Assembly: GCA_963779755.1 (NCBI GenBank) | Contig: CAVZZO010000001.1 | Coordinates: forward strand, 1,408,001 to 1,472,000 | Length of the DNA stretch: 64,000 bases | Direction: 5' to 3' | Origin: an uncultured Gemmatimonadales bacterium | GTDB taxonomy: Bacteria; Gemmatimonadota; Gemmatimonadetes; Gemmatimonadales; GWC2-71-9 | Shown here: positions 37,736 to 47,810 of the stretch, piece by piece | How the letters are laid out: the number at the start of each line of letters is the position of its first letter | Numbering within the stretch: position 1 is the first letter of the stretch | The notes under the pieces: generated by a model | Databases searched by the model: none | The model's input: only the letters and a program-made list of their open reading frames with translations | What the model was told of the DNA's origin: nothing | Made by a program: the position numbers and the translations under genes

Positions 37736-38377
37736 ATGCCCGCACCAGCCTACGACCTTCGCGTCGCCGAGCGTCACCTCACCGCGGCCGACCCGGCGCT
37801 CGGCCGCTTCATCAGCCGTTTCGGCCGCTGCCGGCTGGAATTGGACACCGCCGGCACCACCTTCCGCGCCCTGGCCGAATCCATCGCCTATCAGCAGCTC
37901 ACGGGCAAGGCGGCCGCCACCATCTTCGGGCGGCTGGAGGGGCTGTTTCCCCGCCGGAAACTCCGGCCGGCCGCCCTGTTGGCCCTGCCGGAGGAGGCCC
38001 TGCGGGGGGCGGGACTGTCCCGGGCCAAGGTCGCCGCGATGCGCGACCTGGCCCGGCGCACCCTGGACCGGACCGTGCCCACGCTGGCCCGCCTCCAGCG
38101 CATGGAGGACGAGGAGGTCATCGAGCGGCTGGTGCAGGTGCGGGGCGTCGGGCGCTGGACGGTGGAGATGCTGCTGATCTTCGTGCTGGGCCGGCCCGAT
38201 GTCTGGCCCCTCAACGACTACGGCGTGCAGAAGGGGTTCCAGCGGATCTACGGCCACCGCAAGCTGCCGAGCAGGACCAGGCTCATCCGGCAGAGCCGGC
38301 GCTGGCGGCCGTACCGCTCGGTGGCGGCGTGGTACTTCTGGCGCGCAGCGGAGGAACGGCGGGACGACGCGGGGTGA
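37736..38377 (+). CDS. alkA: DNA-3-methyladenine glycosylase II (AlkA/HhH-GPD)
   Basis: SIAYQQLTGKAA, GLSRAK, VRGVGRWTVEM, PDVWPLND, WRPYRS. Confidence 0.9.
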   Translation: MPAPAYDLRVAERHLTAADPALGRFISRFGRCRLELDTAGTTFRALAESIAYQQLTGKAAATIFGRLEGLFPRRKLRPAALLALPEEALRGAGLSRAKVAAMRDLARRTLDRTVPTLARLQRMEDEEVIERLVQVRGVGRWTVEMLLIFVLGRPDVWPLNDYGVQKGFQRIYGHRKLPSRTRLIRQSRRWRPYRSVAAWYFWRAAEERRDDAG

Positions 38378-38384
38378 GCCGCTT

Positions 38385-41183
38385 TCAGCCGGCCCTGGCC
38401 TCGTCCGGCTCCTGCAGGGCCTCGCGCAGGTAGCGCCCGGTATGCGAGGCCGGTGTGGCGGCCACCGTCTCCGGCGTGCCCTGCACCACGAGGCGCCCTC
38501 CCTCCGGGCCTGCCTCGGGCCCCAGGTCGATCACCCAGTCGGCCCGTTTGATGATGTCCAGGTGGTGCTCGATCACCACCACGGTATGTCCGGCGTCCAC
38601 CAGACGGTCCAGCACCTGGATAAGCACCCGGACGTCGTCCAGATGAAGGCCGGTAGTCGGCTCGTCCAGGATGTACAGCTTGCGGCCGGCGCGTTTCTTC
38701 GCCGCCAGCAGCTCGCGGGCGATCTTGAGGCGCTGGGCCTCGCCACCCGAAAGAGTGGTGGCCGGCTGGCCCAGCCGGAGATACCCGAGGCCCACCTGCT
38801 GCAGCTGCCAGAGCGCGGCGCCCAGGCGGGGCTGATGGCGGAACCGGGCGATGGCCTCGTTCACGCTCCACTGCAGCACGTCGTGGATTGAGTTGCCCCG
38901 GATCTTGATATCCAGCACCTCGCGCCTGTAGCGGCTGCCCCCGCAGGTTTCGCAGGGCACGAAGACGTCGGCCAGGAAGACCATCTCCACCTGCACGAAC
39001 CCCGCCCCCTCGCACTCGTCGCAGCGGCCGCCCGGCAGATTGAAGCTGAAGGTGGCCGCGGTATAGCCCCGGCGGCGGGACTCCGGCTCGGCCGCGAACA
39101 ACTCGCGGATTTCGTCGAATGCCTTGATGTAGGTGACCGGATTGGAGCGGGGCGAGCGGCCGATGGGCGACTGGTCGACCAGGACGACATCTTCCACCTG
39201 TTCCCAGCCGGTGAGGGTCCTGACCTCGCCCACGGCCTCGCCCAGGTGGCTCTTGGCGGAATGGTTGCCGCGCAGCCGCCCCTCCAGCTGGCGGTAGAGC
39301 ACGTCGTGCACCAGGGTGCTCTTGCCCGATCCCGACACGCCGGTGACGGCCGTGAGCGCGCCCAGCGGAATGTCCACTCCCACGTCCTGCAGGTTGTGCA
39401 GGGTGGCCCCGCGCATCCGGATCCATTGCGGCCCCGCGTGCCGCCGCATGGAAGGCGTGCCGATGCGCTTGAGCCCCGACAGGTACTGCGCCGTGAGCGA
39501 GTTGTGGGCCTCCGCCACCGGGCCGGCGTACACCAGCTGACCTCCGTGCTCGCCGGCGCCCGGGCCCAGCTCGACCATGAAATCGGCCTGCCGGATGGCG
39601 GCGGGGTCGTGCTCCACCACCACCACGGTGTTGCCCTGATCGCGGAGCCGGCGCAGCAGGCCCAGGAGCCGGTCGATGTCGCGCGGGTGCAGGCCGATGG
39701 AAGGCTCGTCGAGGACATACAGCGTATCCACCAGGCGGGAGCCCAGCGCGTTGGCCAGGGCGATGCGCTGGGCCTCGCCGCCGGAGAGGGTGCGGGTCTG
39801 CCGGTCGAGCGTCAGATAGCCGAGCCCCACATCGCGCAGGAACTGGATGCGGCCGGCCAGCTCGTCGAGAATCAGATGCGCCAGCTGCCGCTCGAAGGGG
39901 CTCAACGAGAGCCCGGCCAGCCAGCCGGCCAGCTGATCCACCGAGCGGCTGGAGACCTGGCCCAGGTGTTCGCCGTTCACCAGAACCGAGCGCGCCTGCT
40001 CGTTGAGGCGGCTGCCGCCGCAGGCGGGGCAGGTGAGCGCCAGCTGGTACTGCCGGAGGAACACCCGGATGTACTGCTTGTAGCGCTTCTGCTCCAGGTC
40101 CTTGAGGAACGGGAAGATGCCCACGTAGCGGCCGCTCCGGCCGTGGAGCAGCTCGCGCCGGTCCGCTGCCTTGATCTTCGACCAGGGGCGGTGCGGATCG
40201 ATCCCGAGCTTTCGGGCCATGTCGCGCAGCAGCCGGCGCCGGCCGTCGTATCGCGGCTTGGTCCAGGGGTCGATGGCGCCCTCGGCCAGGCTGCGAGACG
40301 GGTCGGGGATGATCAGCGACTCGTCGTACTCCAGCACGGCGCCGAATCCGTTGCAGCCGGCGCAGGCGCCCCGCGGGTTGTTGAAGGAAAAGAGCGCGGG
40401 CGTCACCACCGCCGCAGGAGTGTCGCAGGCGCTGCAGGCGGGCGACTCGGAGAACCGCAGGCGGCCGCCCTGGTGCAGCACCAGGGCGATGCCTTCGCCC
40501 TCCTGGAAGGCAGTGCTGATCGCGTCGACCAGGCGGGTCCGGTCCGTATCGGTGGTCAGCCGGTCGACCACCACCAGCACGTCGCCGGCCGCGGCCAGAT
40601 CGAGCCCGGGCGGCGGTTCCTCGAGGTGCACCGGTGCCCCGTCGGCCAGCAGACGGATGAACCCCATGGCCCGGAGGTTCTCCATCACGCTTTCGTGGGT
40701 TCGCCGGGCTTCGGCCGCCAGCGGAAAGGCGATCTGGATCCGCCCGCTGGCGCGTTCCAGCACGCTGTCGGCGGCCGACTGCGGCGTGTCGCGCCGGACC
40801 GGCGCGCCGCAACCGCGGCAGACCTGGCGCCCGATACGGGCAAAGAGCAGGCGGAGGAAGTCGTGGACTTCGGTGGCGGTGCCCACGGTGGAGCGGCTGG
40901 ATACCGCCGGATTGCGCTGTTCGATGGCTACGGCCGGGGCGATGCCTTCCAGCCGGTCGACCAGCGGCTTGGGCATGCGGTCGAGGAACTGTTTGGCGTA
41001 GGTGCTCAGCGATTCGATATACCGGCGCTGGCCCTCGGCGTAGAGCGTCTCGAAGGCGAGCGAGCTCTTGCCCGACCCGGAGGGGCCGGTCACCACCGTG
41101 AGGGCCCGGCGGGGAAGCTCGACGGTAATACCGCGCAGGTTGTTCTGGCGGGCGTTGACGATACGGACGACGGGGTTGGACAT
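38385..41183 (-). CDS. uvrA: excinuclease ABC subunit A
   Basis: ARQNNL, GPSGSGKSSLAF, EGQRRYIESLS, LSGGEAQR x2, GVSGSGKST, three CxxC pairs. Confidence 0.93.
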   Translation of the reverse strand: MSNPVVRIVNARQNNLRGITVELPRRALTVVTGPSGSGKSSLAFETLYAEGQRRYIESLSTYAKQFLDRMPKPLVDRLEGIAPAVAIEQRNPAVSSRSTVGTATEVHDFLRLLFARIGRQVCRGCGAPVRRDTPQSAADSVLERASGRIQIAFPLAAEARRTHESVMENLRAMGFIRLLADGAPVHLEEPPPGLDLAAAGDVLVVVDRLTTDTDRTRLVDAISTAFQEGEGIALVLHQGGRLRFSESPACSACDTPAAVVTPALFSFNNPRGACAGCNGFGAVLEYDESLIIPDPSRSLAEGAIDPWTKPRYDGRRRLLRDMARKLGIDPHRPWSKIKAADRRELLHGRSGRYVGIFPFLKDLEQKRYKQYIRVFLRQYQLALTCPACGGSRLNEQARSVLVNGEHLGQVSSRSVDQLAGWLAGLSLSPFERQLAHLILDELAGRIQFLRDVGLGYLTLDRQTRTLSGGEAQRIALANALGSRLVDTLYVLDEPSIGLHPRDIDRLLGLLRRLRDQGNTVVVVEHDPAAIRQADFMVELGPGAGEHGGQLVYAGPVAEAHNSLTAQYLSGLKRIGTPSMRRHAGPQWIRMRGATLHNLQDVGVDIPLGALTAVTGVSGSGKSTLVHDVLYRQLEGRLRGNHSAKSHLGEAVGEVRTLTGWEQVEDVVLVDQSPIGRSPRSNPVTYIKAFDEIRELFAAEPESRRRGYTAATFSFNLPGGRCDECEGAGFVQVEMVFLADVFVPCETCGGSRYRREVLDIKIRGNSIHDVLQWSVNEAIARFRHQPRLGAALWQLQQVGLGYLRLGQPATTLSGGEAQRLKIARELLAAKKRAGRKLYILDEPTTGLHLDDVRVLIQVLDRLVDAGHTVVVIEHHLDIIKRADWVIDLGPEAGPEGGRLVVQGTPETVAATPASHTGRYLREALQEPDEARAG

Positions 41184-41287
41184 CGCTGGTAGGCGAAAAA
41201 TAGTCCCCTCGCTCCGGCGGGAACAGGGAACCCGGCCGCCGCCCGCCTCTTCCCCGATCTCCGGGTCGGGCCTACGTTTCCGGCCTA

Positions 41288-42358
41288 ATGGCCACGGCCC
41301 TCTCTCCCCGCATCCTGCTCCGTGGGTTCGTCGTCTTTGCCCTGATCTCCATGGTCGGGTACGCGGCGGTACTGCTCTACGGCAACAATCTCCAGGGGTT
41401 TCTCCAGGCGCTGCGCGGGGTGCACTGGATCTGGCTGCTGGTGGGGCTGGGGCTCGCCTCGATGGACTGGATCGGGGGCGGGCTGCGCCTCTGGGTGGTG
41501 GCGCGGGAAATCCATCCCAACCCGCCGCTCAAGGGGATGATTCTGGCGGGCGGCATGAGCGCCTGGGCGGCCTACCTGACGCCGCTGCAATCCGGCGCCG
41601 CGCCCATGATGATCTACACCATGCGGCGCTACGGCCTGAGCGTGCCGGTGGCGATGACCTGTACGCTGATGACCTTCATCGGCACGGTGGCCTTCTTCGC
41701 CATCGCGGGCCCGCTGGCGCTGGTGTTCGGCGCGGGCAAATCGCTGGGCACCAAGGGCAACGTGCTGGGCCTCTCGCTCTACGATCTGTTCCTCGGCAGT
41801 CTCGGCATCTTCGCGGTGCTGGGCGTGATTTTCATCTTTGTCATCGTTTTCCCCCGCATCATCCGCGACCTGATCCACAAATTGACCGGCTGGATCGGCG
41901 GCAAGAGCCGCCGGGTTGCCGCCCGCCTGGAGAAGCTGCAGGCGGGGGTGGACGAGGCGCACCGCAGTGTGGCCATGTTCAACCGGCCTCGGGGCTGGCT
42001 GGCGCTCTTCTGGGCTACGCTGATTTCCGGGCCGTCCCATGCCAACAAGCTGCTGGCGGGCTACGTGGCCCTGCGCGCGGTGGGCGTCCATGCCAATTTC
42101 GTCGACGTCCTGCTGGTGCAGACGCTGATCACGTTCCTGCTCTACTTCGCGCCCACCCCCGGTGCCTCCGGCGTGGCCGAAGTCCTGTCCGCCCTGGTTA
42201 TGTCGGTCTATGTGGCGCCCGCCGTGACGCCCCTCTATACCCTCTTCTGGCGCCTGATTCTGAGCTATTACACCATCGCTTTCGGGTTCTGGGTGTTTCT
42301 CGGCTGGGTGCGGAAGGGGTTGCGGTCCATCGAACCCGTCACCACCGAGGCGGCCTGA
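41288..42358 (+). CDS. lysylphosphatidylglycerol-synthase TM-domain (flippase-like, UPF0104) protein
   Basis: TPLQSGA, PTPGASGVAE, WRLILSYY, multi-TM. Confidence 0.82.
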   Translation: MATALSPRILLRGFVVFALISMVGYAAVLLYGNNLQGFLQALRGVHWIWLLVGLGLASMDWIGGGLRLWVVAREIHPNPPLKGMILAGGMSAWAAYLTPLQSGAAPMMIYTMRRYGLSVPVAMTCTLMTFIGTVAFFAIAGPLALVFGAGKSLGTKGNVLGLSLYDLFLGSLGIFAVLGVIFIFVIVFPRIIRDLIHKLTGWIGGKSRRVAARLEKLQAGVDEAHRSVAMFNRPRGWLALFWATLISGPSHANKLLAGYVALRAVGVHANFVDVLLVQTLITFLLYFAPTPGASGVAEVLSALVMSVYVAPAVTPLYTLFWRLILSYYTIAFGFWVFLGWVRKGLRSIEPVTTEAA

Positions 42359-42360
42359 GG

Positions 42361-44157
42361 ATGGCCGCGCCCGACCTGGCGCCGGACGAGCCGCTCGCGG
42401 CGGCTTACGACGCCGCTCTGCTGCGGCGCCTGCTGGCCTACCTGCGCCCCTATCGCTGGCTGGCCCTGCTGGCGGTGGTCCTGCTGCTCCTGAGCGCCGG
42501 GCTCACGCTGGTAGGCCCCTGGCTGACCCAGCAGGTGCTCGATGTGGCGGTGCCGCGGCAGGACACCGGCCTCCTGGCCCGGCTGGCGCTGTTCTTCCTG
42601 GCGTCCCTGCTGCTCGAGTTCGGCGCCCAGTACGGCTCCAGCGTGCTCACCACCTACCTGGGGCAGCGGGTGATGCACGATCTGCGGCTCCAGATCTTCC
42701 GCCACCTGCAGCGCCTCAGCATTCCCTATTTCGACCGCCACCCGGTAGGGCGGCTGATGACCCGGGTGACCTCCGATGTCGAAACGCTGAACGAACTGTT
42801 CAGCTCCGGCGTGGTGGCGATCTTCGGCGACCTGGTGACGCTGCTGGCGATCACCATCATGATGCTCGTCATGGACTGGCGGCTGGCGCTGGTCGCCTTT
42901 GCGGCGGTACCGCTGGTGGCCCTGGCGGCCGGCATCTTCCGCCGGCACGTTCGTGAGGCCTTCCGCCAGATCCGCGTCCGGCTGGCGCGGATCAATGCCT
43001 ATCTGCAGGAGCACCTCTCCGGGATGCGGGTGGTGCAGTTGTTCAACCGCGAGGACGCGGCGGTGCGCGGCTTCGAGGAGGTGAACCGCAGCCATCTGGC
43101 GGCGCACCTCCGGTCGATTACGCTGTATGCCGTCTTCTTTCCGGTGATCGAGTTCCTGACCGCGGCCGCCATCGCGGCGCTGCTCTTCTACGGCGGTCTC
43201 CGCTCGCTCGGCGGGATGCTCACCGTCGGGGTGCTGGCCGCGTTCATTCAGCTCACCCGGCGCTTCTTCCAGCCGCTGCAGGACCTCTCGGAGAAGTACA
43301 ATATCCTCCAGAGCGCCATGGCCAGCTCGGAGCGGGTCTTCCGGCTGCTGGACACCCCGATGGCCGTAGCCGAACCGGCGCGGCCGCAGCCGCTGCCCCA
43401 GCCGGTCCGGGGCGAAGTCCGCTTCGAGAACGTCTGGTTCCGCTATGCCAAGGACGGGCCCTGGGTGCTGCGGGATGTCTCGTTCACTGCCTCGCCCGGT
43501 ACCACCCTGGCCCTGGTGGGCCATACCGGGGCGGGGAAGACCACCATCATCAGCCTGCTGCTCCGCTTCTACGATCCGGTGCGCGGCCGCATCACCGTCG
43601 ACGGGGTGGACCTGCGCGATCTCGCCACCGCCAATCTGCGCGGGCTCATCGGCTTCGTGCAGCAGGACCTGTTCCTCTTCACCGGCGATATCATGCGGAA
43701 CCTCCGGCTCGATGCTCCCATCGACGACGAAGCCGCCCGACAGGCTGCCCGGCGGGTGGGGGCCGACCGTTTCATCGAACGGCTGCCGGCCGGCTACGGG
43801 CACGTCCTGGGGGAGCGGGGCCGCTCGCTCAGTGTGGGGGAGCGCCAGTTGCTGAGCTTCGCCCGCGCCCTGGCGCGCGATCCCTGCATCCTGGTGCTGG
43901 ACGAAGCCACCAGCTCGGTGGATACCGAGTCGGAGGCCCAGATCCAGCGGGCCATCGCGGAGCTGATGCGGGGCCGCACGTCGGTGGTCGTGGCCCACCG
44001 GCTGAGCACGATTCTGGGGGCGGACGAGATCCTGGTGTTACACCATGGTGAGATCCGGGAGCGGGGCACGCATCGTGCGCTTCTGGGCGCGCGCGGCCTC
44101 TACGAGCGGCTCTATCGTCTGCAATTGGAGGGGACGGCTCCCGCCCGCACGGCCTAA
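42361..44157 (+). CDS. ABC transporter fused permease/ATP-binding protein (MsbA/MdlB-like)
   Basis: TMD + GHTGAGKT, LSVGERQ, LDEATS, AHRLST; start trimmed to ATG 42361. Confidence 0.92.
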   Translation: MAAPDLAPDEPLAAAYDAALLRRLLAYLRPYRWLALLAVVLLLLSAGLTLVGPWLTQQVLDVAVPRQDTGLLARLALFFLASLLLEFGAQYGSSVLTTYLGQRVMHDLRLQIFRHLQRLSIPYFDRHPVGRLMTRVTSDVETLNELFSSGVVAIFGDLVTLLAITIMMLVMDWRLALVAFAAVPLVALAAGIFRRHVREAFRQIRVRLARINAYLQEHLSGMRVVQLFNREDAAVRGFEEVNRSHLAAHLRSITLYAVFFPVIEFLTAAAIAALLFYGGLRSLGGMLTVGVLAAFIQLTRRFFQPLQDLSEKYNILQSAMASSERVFRLLDTPMAVAEPARPQPLPQPVRGEVRFENVWFRYAKDGPWVLRDVSFTASPGTTLALVGHTGAGKTTIISLLLRFYDPVRGRITVDGVDLRDLATANLRGLIGFVQQDLFLFTGDIMRNLRLDAPIDDEAARQAARRVGADRFIERLPAGYGHVLGERGRSLSVGERQLLSFARALARDPCILVLDEATSSVDTESEAQIQRAIAELMRGRTSVVVAHRLSTILGADEILVLHHGEIRERGTHRALLGARGLYERLYRLQLEGTAPARTA

Positions 44158-44229
44158 CCTGCTTTCGCTTGCGCGGTTAGTGCTGGTCCGGGTAGTTTCA
44201 CCCATCCTGCTGGCCAGGGAACCCTGATC

Positions 44230-45627
44230 ATGATGCAGCTGGAGTACAGCGGACGGCGGTTCGACATTCCTGCCGGCGACTTGGGCATTGGTAACGGCCC
44301 GGATGACGGCATCCGCCTGGAGGGGGACGGCATCCAGCCCCGCCAGGCGGTGGTGAATGGGGCAACGGATGGGTCTGCCGTGATCCGGCGGGGCTCACCC
44401 GATGCAACCGTGCTGGTCAACGGGGTCCGCCTGGGCGCGGAGCCCGCCCCGTTACTCCACGGCGATCGGGTCCAGATCGGGGGCGCCACCCTGGTGGTCG
44501 CCGACCCCCGGACCAGCGGCAGTACCCAGTTTGTGAGCGCCTTTTCTCCGCCCGACGCCGGCCGCAAATCCCGGGATATGGCTTCGACGGCCGGCACGCC
44601 GATGAGCGGCGGCCGCCTGGTCAGCCTGACCGACGGTCGCGAATATCAGGTCCCGGCCACCGGGCTCTCCTTTGGCCGCGATGCGGCCGCCGACGTGGTG
44701 CTGGAGCATACCCAGGTGTCGCGGCGGCACGCCGAGATCTCGTTTACGCCGCGGGGCTACGTCCTGACCGATTCCAGCACCAACGGTACCTGGGTGAACG
44801 GCGACCGGATCGAAGGCGGGCGGCTCCTGGCGCGGGGAGACGTCCTCCGCATGGGCCAGCACGAATTCCGCTTCTATGCCGACGCCGCTCCCCCGGTGCC
44901 GGCCGCGGCGGCCCCGGCGCCCATGGCTCCTCCGGCCGGCGCCTTCCACCGTCTCAACGACACCATGCACGGCCTGCCCGCCACGCCGCCCCGGGGCTTC
45001 CCCTCGCCGGCGGCGCCAGGCCCCTCCCGGCGTTCCACGGAGGTGCCGCTGGCGTCCATGCTGGTACGGAGCGGGCCGCTCAAGGGGCAACGGATGACGG
45101 TGCGAAGCCCGGTGGTGAATATCGGGCGGGCCGACTACAACGATGTGGTCGTACCGGACGACTCGGTGAGCAGCGGACACGCCAAGCTGCAGCGCCGCGA
45201 GGGGGTCTGGATCCTCACCGATCAGGGCTCGACCAACGGCACCTATGTGGACGGCGAGCGGGTCGAAGGCGAGTACCCGCTGAGTCCGGGCGCCACGCTC
45301 CGCTTCGGGAAGGTCTCGGTCCTGTTCGAGCCCTCCGACGAGGGCATGCCGGCGGCCGACGGCGGTACCCGGATCCTGGAGCCGATCCGGCCGCTGGCCG
45401 ATGCCGGGCCCGCTCCCGCGGCCGCTCCGGAGAAGCCCACGCATCTCACCGACGAGCGGCCCACTCCCGAATCCCTGCCTCGGCCCGAGCCGCGTCCCCG
45501 GCCCGTCATCCGACGGCCCCCCATAGTGGTCACCCCGGCCCCCCGCCGCTCGGCGCGGGGCTGGTGGATCGGCCTGGCCCTGCTCGCCGCCGCGGCGGCG
45601 GCGGCCGCCTACTACTTCCTGCGGTAG
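44230..45627 (+). CDS. membrane-anchored protein with three FHA domains
   Basis: FGR..VSRRHA..STNGT and IGR..VSSGHA..STNGT plus a degenerate first FHA; Pro-rich linkers; C-terminal TM. Confidence 0.88.
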   Translation: MMQLEYSGRRFDIPAGDLGIGNGPDDGIRLEGDGIQPRQAVVNGATDGSAVIRRGSPDATVLVNGVRLGAEPAPLLHGDRVQIGGATLVVADPRTSGSTQFVSAFSPPDAGRKSRDMASTAGTPMSGGRLVSLTDGREYQVPATGLSFGRDAAADVVLEHTQVSRRHAEISFTPRGYVLTDSSTNGTWVNGDRIEGGRLLARGDVLRMGQHEFRFYADAAPPVPAAAAPAPMAPPAGAFHRLNDTMHGLPATPPRGFPSPAAPGPSRRSTEVPLASMLVRSGPLKGQRMTVRSPVVNIGRADYNDVVVPDDSVSSGHAKLQRREGVWILTDQGSTNGTYVDGERVEGEYPLSPGATLRFGKVSVLFEPSDEGMPAADGGTRILEPIRPLADAGPAPAAAPEKPTHLTDERPTPESLPRPEPRPRPVIRRPPIVVTPAPRRSARGWWIGLALLAAAAAAAAYYFLR

Positions 45628-45637
45628 CCAGGGCCCC

Positions 45638-46417
45638 GTGCGATTCACCTGCGCCGCCCGCACCGATGTGGGCATCGTTCGCTCCGGCAACGAAGACAAC
45701 TACCTGATGCTGGCCGACCGCGGGCTCTTCATCGTGGCCGACGGCATGGGCGGGCACGCCGCGGGCGAAGTCGCGAGCGAGATGGCGGTGCGTATCGTGG
45801 CCGACGAGATGGGCTCGTTGCGGGGCCTGAACGATCCGCAGGCGGGCGACCGGCTGCGCAGCTCCATTCGCGCGGCCAATTCGGCCATCTTCGGCCGCAC
45901 CCTCCAGGAGCACGACAAGCGCGGGATGGGTACCACGGTGACGGTGCTGGCCCTCATGCCGCAGCGGTATCTTATCGGCCAGGTGGGAGACAGCCGCGCC
46001 TACCTGCTGCGCGACGGGCGCATGCTGCAACTCACCAAAGACCACTCCTACGTACAGGAGCAGGTCGATGCCGGGCTGCTCACCCCCGAGCAGGCGCGGG
46101 TCCATCCCTACAGCAACGTCATCACCCGTTGCGTCGGCGCCAGCAACGAAGTCGTGGCCGATATCTATTTCGGCGCCCTGCGCAAAGGCGATGTGCTGCT
46201 GCTTGCCTCCGACGGGCTCACCGGTATGCTGGAAGACGAGCAGCTGGCGCGCATCATCGATGCCGAAGGCGGCCCGCAGCACTGGGTCGACCGGATGATC
46301 ACCGAGGCCAACCGCCGGGGGGGCCTGGACAACATTACCGTCATCGCCGTCCGGATCGATACCGTCGACGTGCCCTCAGGCGAGTATCCCGCCGTTCCCG
46401 CCAGCGCTTCCCGTTAG
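45638..46417 (+). CDS. PP2C-type Ser/Thr phosphatase (Stp1/PrpC family)
   Basis: RSGNED, VADGMGGH, GMGTT, VGDSRAY, ASDGL, GGLDNIT. Confidence 0.93.
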   Translation: MRFTCAARTDVGIVRSGNEDNYLMLADRGLFIVADGMGGHAAGEVASEMAVRIVADEMGSLRGLNDPQAGDRLRSSIRAANSAIFGRTLQEHDKRGMGTTVTVLALMPQRYLIGQVGDSRAYLLRDGRMLQLTKDHSYVQEQVDAGLLTPEQARVHPYSNVITRCVGASNEVVADIYFGALRKGDVLLLASDGLTGMLEDEQLARIIDAEGGPQHWVDRMITEANRRGGLDNITVIAVRIDTVDVPSGEYPAVPASASR

Positions 46418-46551
46418 TCGTTAGTCGTTATCATTAGTCATTGGTCGTTAGTCGTTAGGGTCCGCGCCATCGAGGCTTGGCCTGGCGTTGCCGAGCCCTG
46501 GTGAGCGCACCGAATGACCAGCGACGAACGACTCGCGACTAGCGACTGATG
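46412..46551. repeat. inverted heptamer arrays (CGTTAGT-type x7 ... ACTAGCG-type x5) between convergent genes
   Basis: Left array 46412-46459, right array 46517-46551; both stop codons lie inside repeat units. Confidence 0.88.
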
Positions 46552-47804
46552 GCCAGTGCCTCCACTTCTTCCGCGGGGAGCACCATCAGCTTCAGAACCG
46601 ATGTCACCGGGCGGCTGGGTGGCAGGGCGGTAAAGACCCGCAGGCGGCGGGCGCTGCGGTAGAGCTCGTCGGCCACCCGGGGCAGGCCGAGCTGGCCCGC
46701 CCGGCCGGCGCCGGTCAGCCGTTCGACGCCTCCACTCCGGGTCCGGAGCGGCAAGTCCACCGACAGCATGCTGGGCCGGGCGGGGAAATCCACCAGGACC
46801 TGTCCCGGCTGGAGCCCGGCCTCCAGCGCCAGGTGATCCTCCAGGCGCTCGAGCACGTCGGGCCGTTCATGGATCCAGGGCTGCGCGTCCTGCGGGACAT
46901 CACTGGCCGGCAGGTCGAGCGCGCGTTTGAAGAGGCGCCGTTCGTGCACCGCTGCGGCCAGGCCGGTGGGGTCTTCCCGGAACAGGTGCTCCATCAGCCC
47001 GCCGTCGGTCATGGTGGCCAGCGCTCCCGCGGTCAGCCGGCCAGCAGAGACGGTGGCGCGCACCGCCCGCTTGAACATGCAGGTTGCCGAGCGCACGGCG
47101 TGGTGCCAGTAGACGTTGCGGTACATCTGATACTTGGCGAAGAGCAGAGACTCCAGCGCGCTCACGCCCTTCTCGTGCACGCCGACCTCGCCGCCCCCGG
47201 GCATCTCCACCAGGGTGAGCGCCGCCAGGAGGCGGTTGACGTCCACCGTACCGTAGGGGACCCCGCACATCCAGGCGTCGCGGCTCAGGTACTCGACCTT
47301 GTCGAGGTCCAGCGAGCCCGAGATGAGTCCCGCCAGCGGGCTGGTGCTCCGGCCGGTGACCAGGGCGCCGATGCGCGCCGGCAGCTCTGGAATCCCGAAG
47401 GGGGTCAGGGCCTCTGCCAGCCCGGGCTGCGCCAGCCGCGCGACGCCGAGTCCCTCATGGTGGGGGAATCCGGCTTCTTCGAGAGCGTGGGAAAAGGGGT
47501 AGTGCCCCAGGTCGTGCAGCAGCGCGGCCAGCCGGACGGCGAGGCGGTCTTCGGGGGGGATGGACGCCAGCTCACCCCGCTCTTCCAGGGCGGTGAGCGC
47601 CAGTTTGGTCAGGTGAAAGGTGCCCAGCGCATGCTCGAATCGCGTGTGCGTGGCCCCGGGATAGACCAGGAAGGCATGCCCCAGCTGCCGCACGTACCGC
47701 AGCCGCTGAACCGCCGGCTGGTCCACCACCCGCATGATGCTCCGCTCGATGCGAATGTTATCCCAGAGCGGGTCGCGAATGATGTCGAAGGGAGAATGGG
47801 ACAT
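46539..47804 (-). CDS. HD-domain phosphohydrolase (SAMHD1/dNTP triphosphohydrolase-like)
   Basis: QRLRYVRQLG, HTRFEHALG, LLHDLGHYPFSH, DLDKVEYLSRD, VYWHHAVR. Confidence 0.88.
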   Translation of the reverse strand: MSHSPFDIIRDPLWDNIRIERSIMRVVDQPAVQRLRYVRQLGHAFLVYPGATHTRFEHALGTFHLTKLALTALEERGELASIPPEDRLAVRLAALLHDLGHYPFSHALEEAGFPHHEGLGVARLAQPGLAEALTPFGIPELPARIGALVTGRSTSPLAGLISGSLDLDKVEYLSRDAWMCGVPYGTVDVNRLLAALTLVEMPGGGEVGVHEKGVSALESLLFAKYQMYRNVYWHHAVRSATCMFKRAVRATVSAGRLTAGALATMTDGGLMEHLFREDPTGLAAAVHERRLFKRALDLPASDVPQDAQPWIHERPDVLERLEDHLALEAGLQPGQVLVDFPARPSMLSVDLPLRTRSGGVERLTGAGRAGQLGLPRVADELYRSARRLRVFTALPPSRPVTSVLKLMVLPAEEVEALAISR

Positions 47805-47810
47805 GCCTCC

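Noticed and set aside
38248..41192. 854-aa and 648-aa alternative-frame ORFs over uvrA
   Set aside because: Off-frame and antisense shadows typical of very GC-rich DNA.
41068..42360. 431-codon upstream extension of the ABC transporter ORF (possible frameshift fusion with the flippase-like gene)
   Set aside because: The extension is an Arg/Gly/Pro-rich off-frame reading of the 41288-42358 gene. The ABC gene has its own ATG 2 nt after that stop, and no slippery site is evident.
46539..47804. HD dNTPase-like gene as an anti-phage defence system
   Set aside because: It sits 6 nt downstream of pckA in a housekeeping operon with host-like composition; there is no defence-island context.
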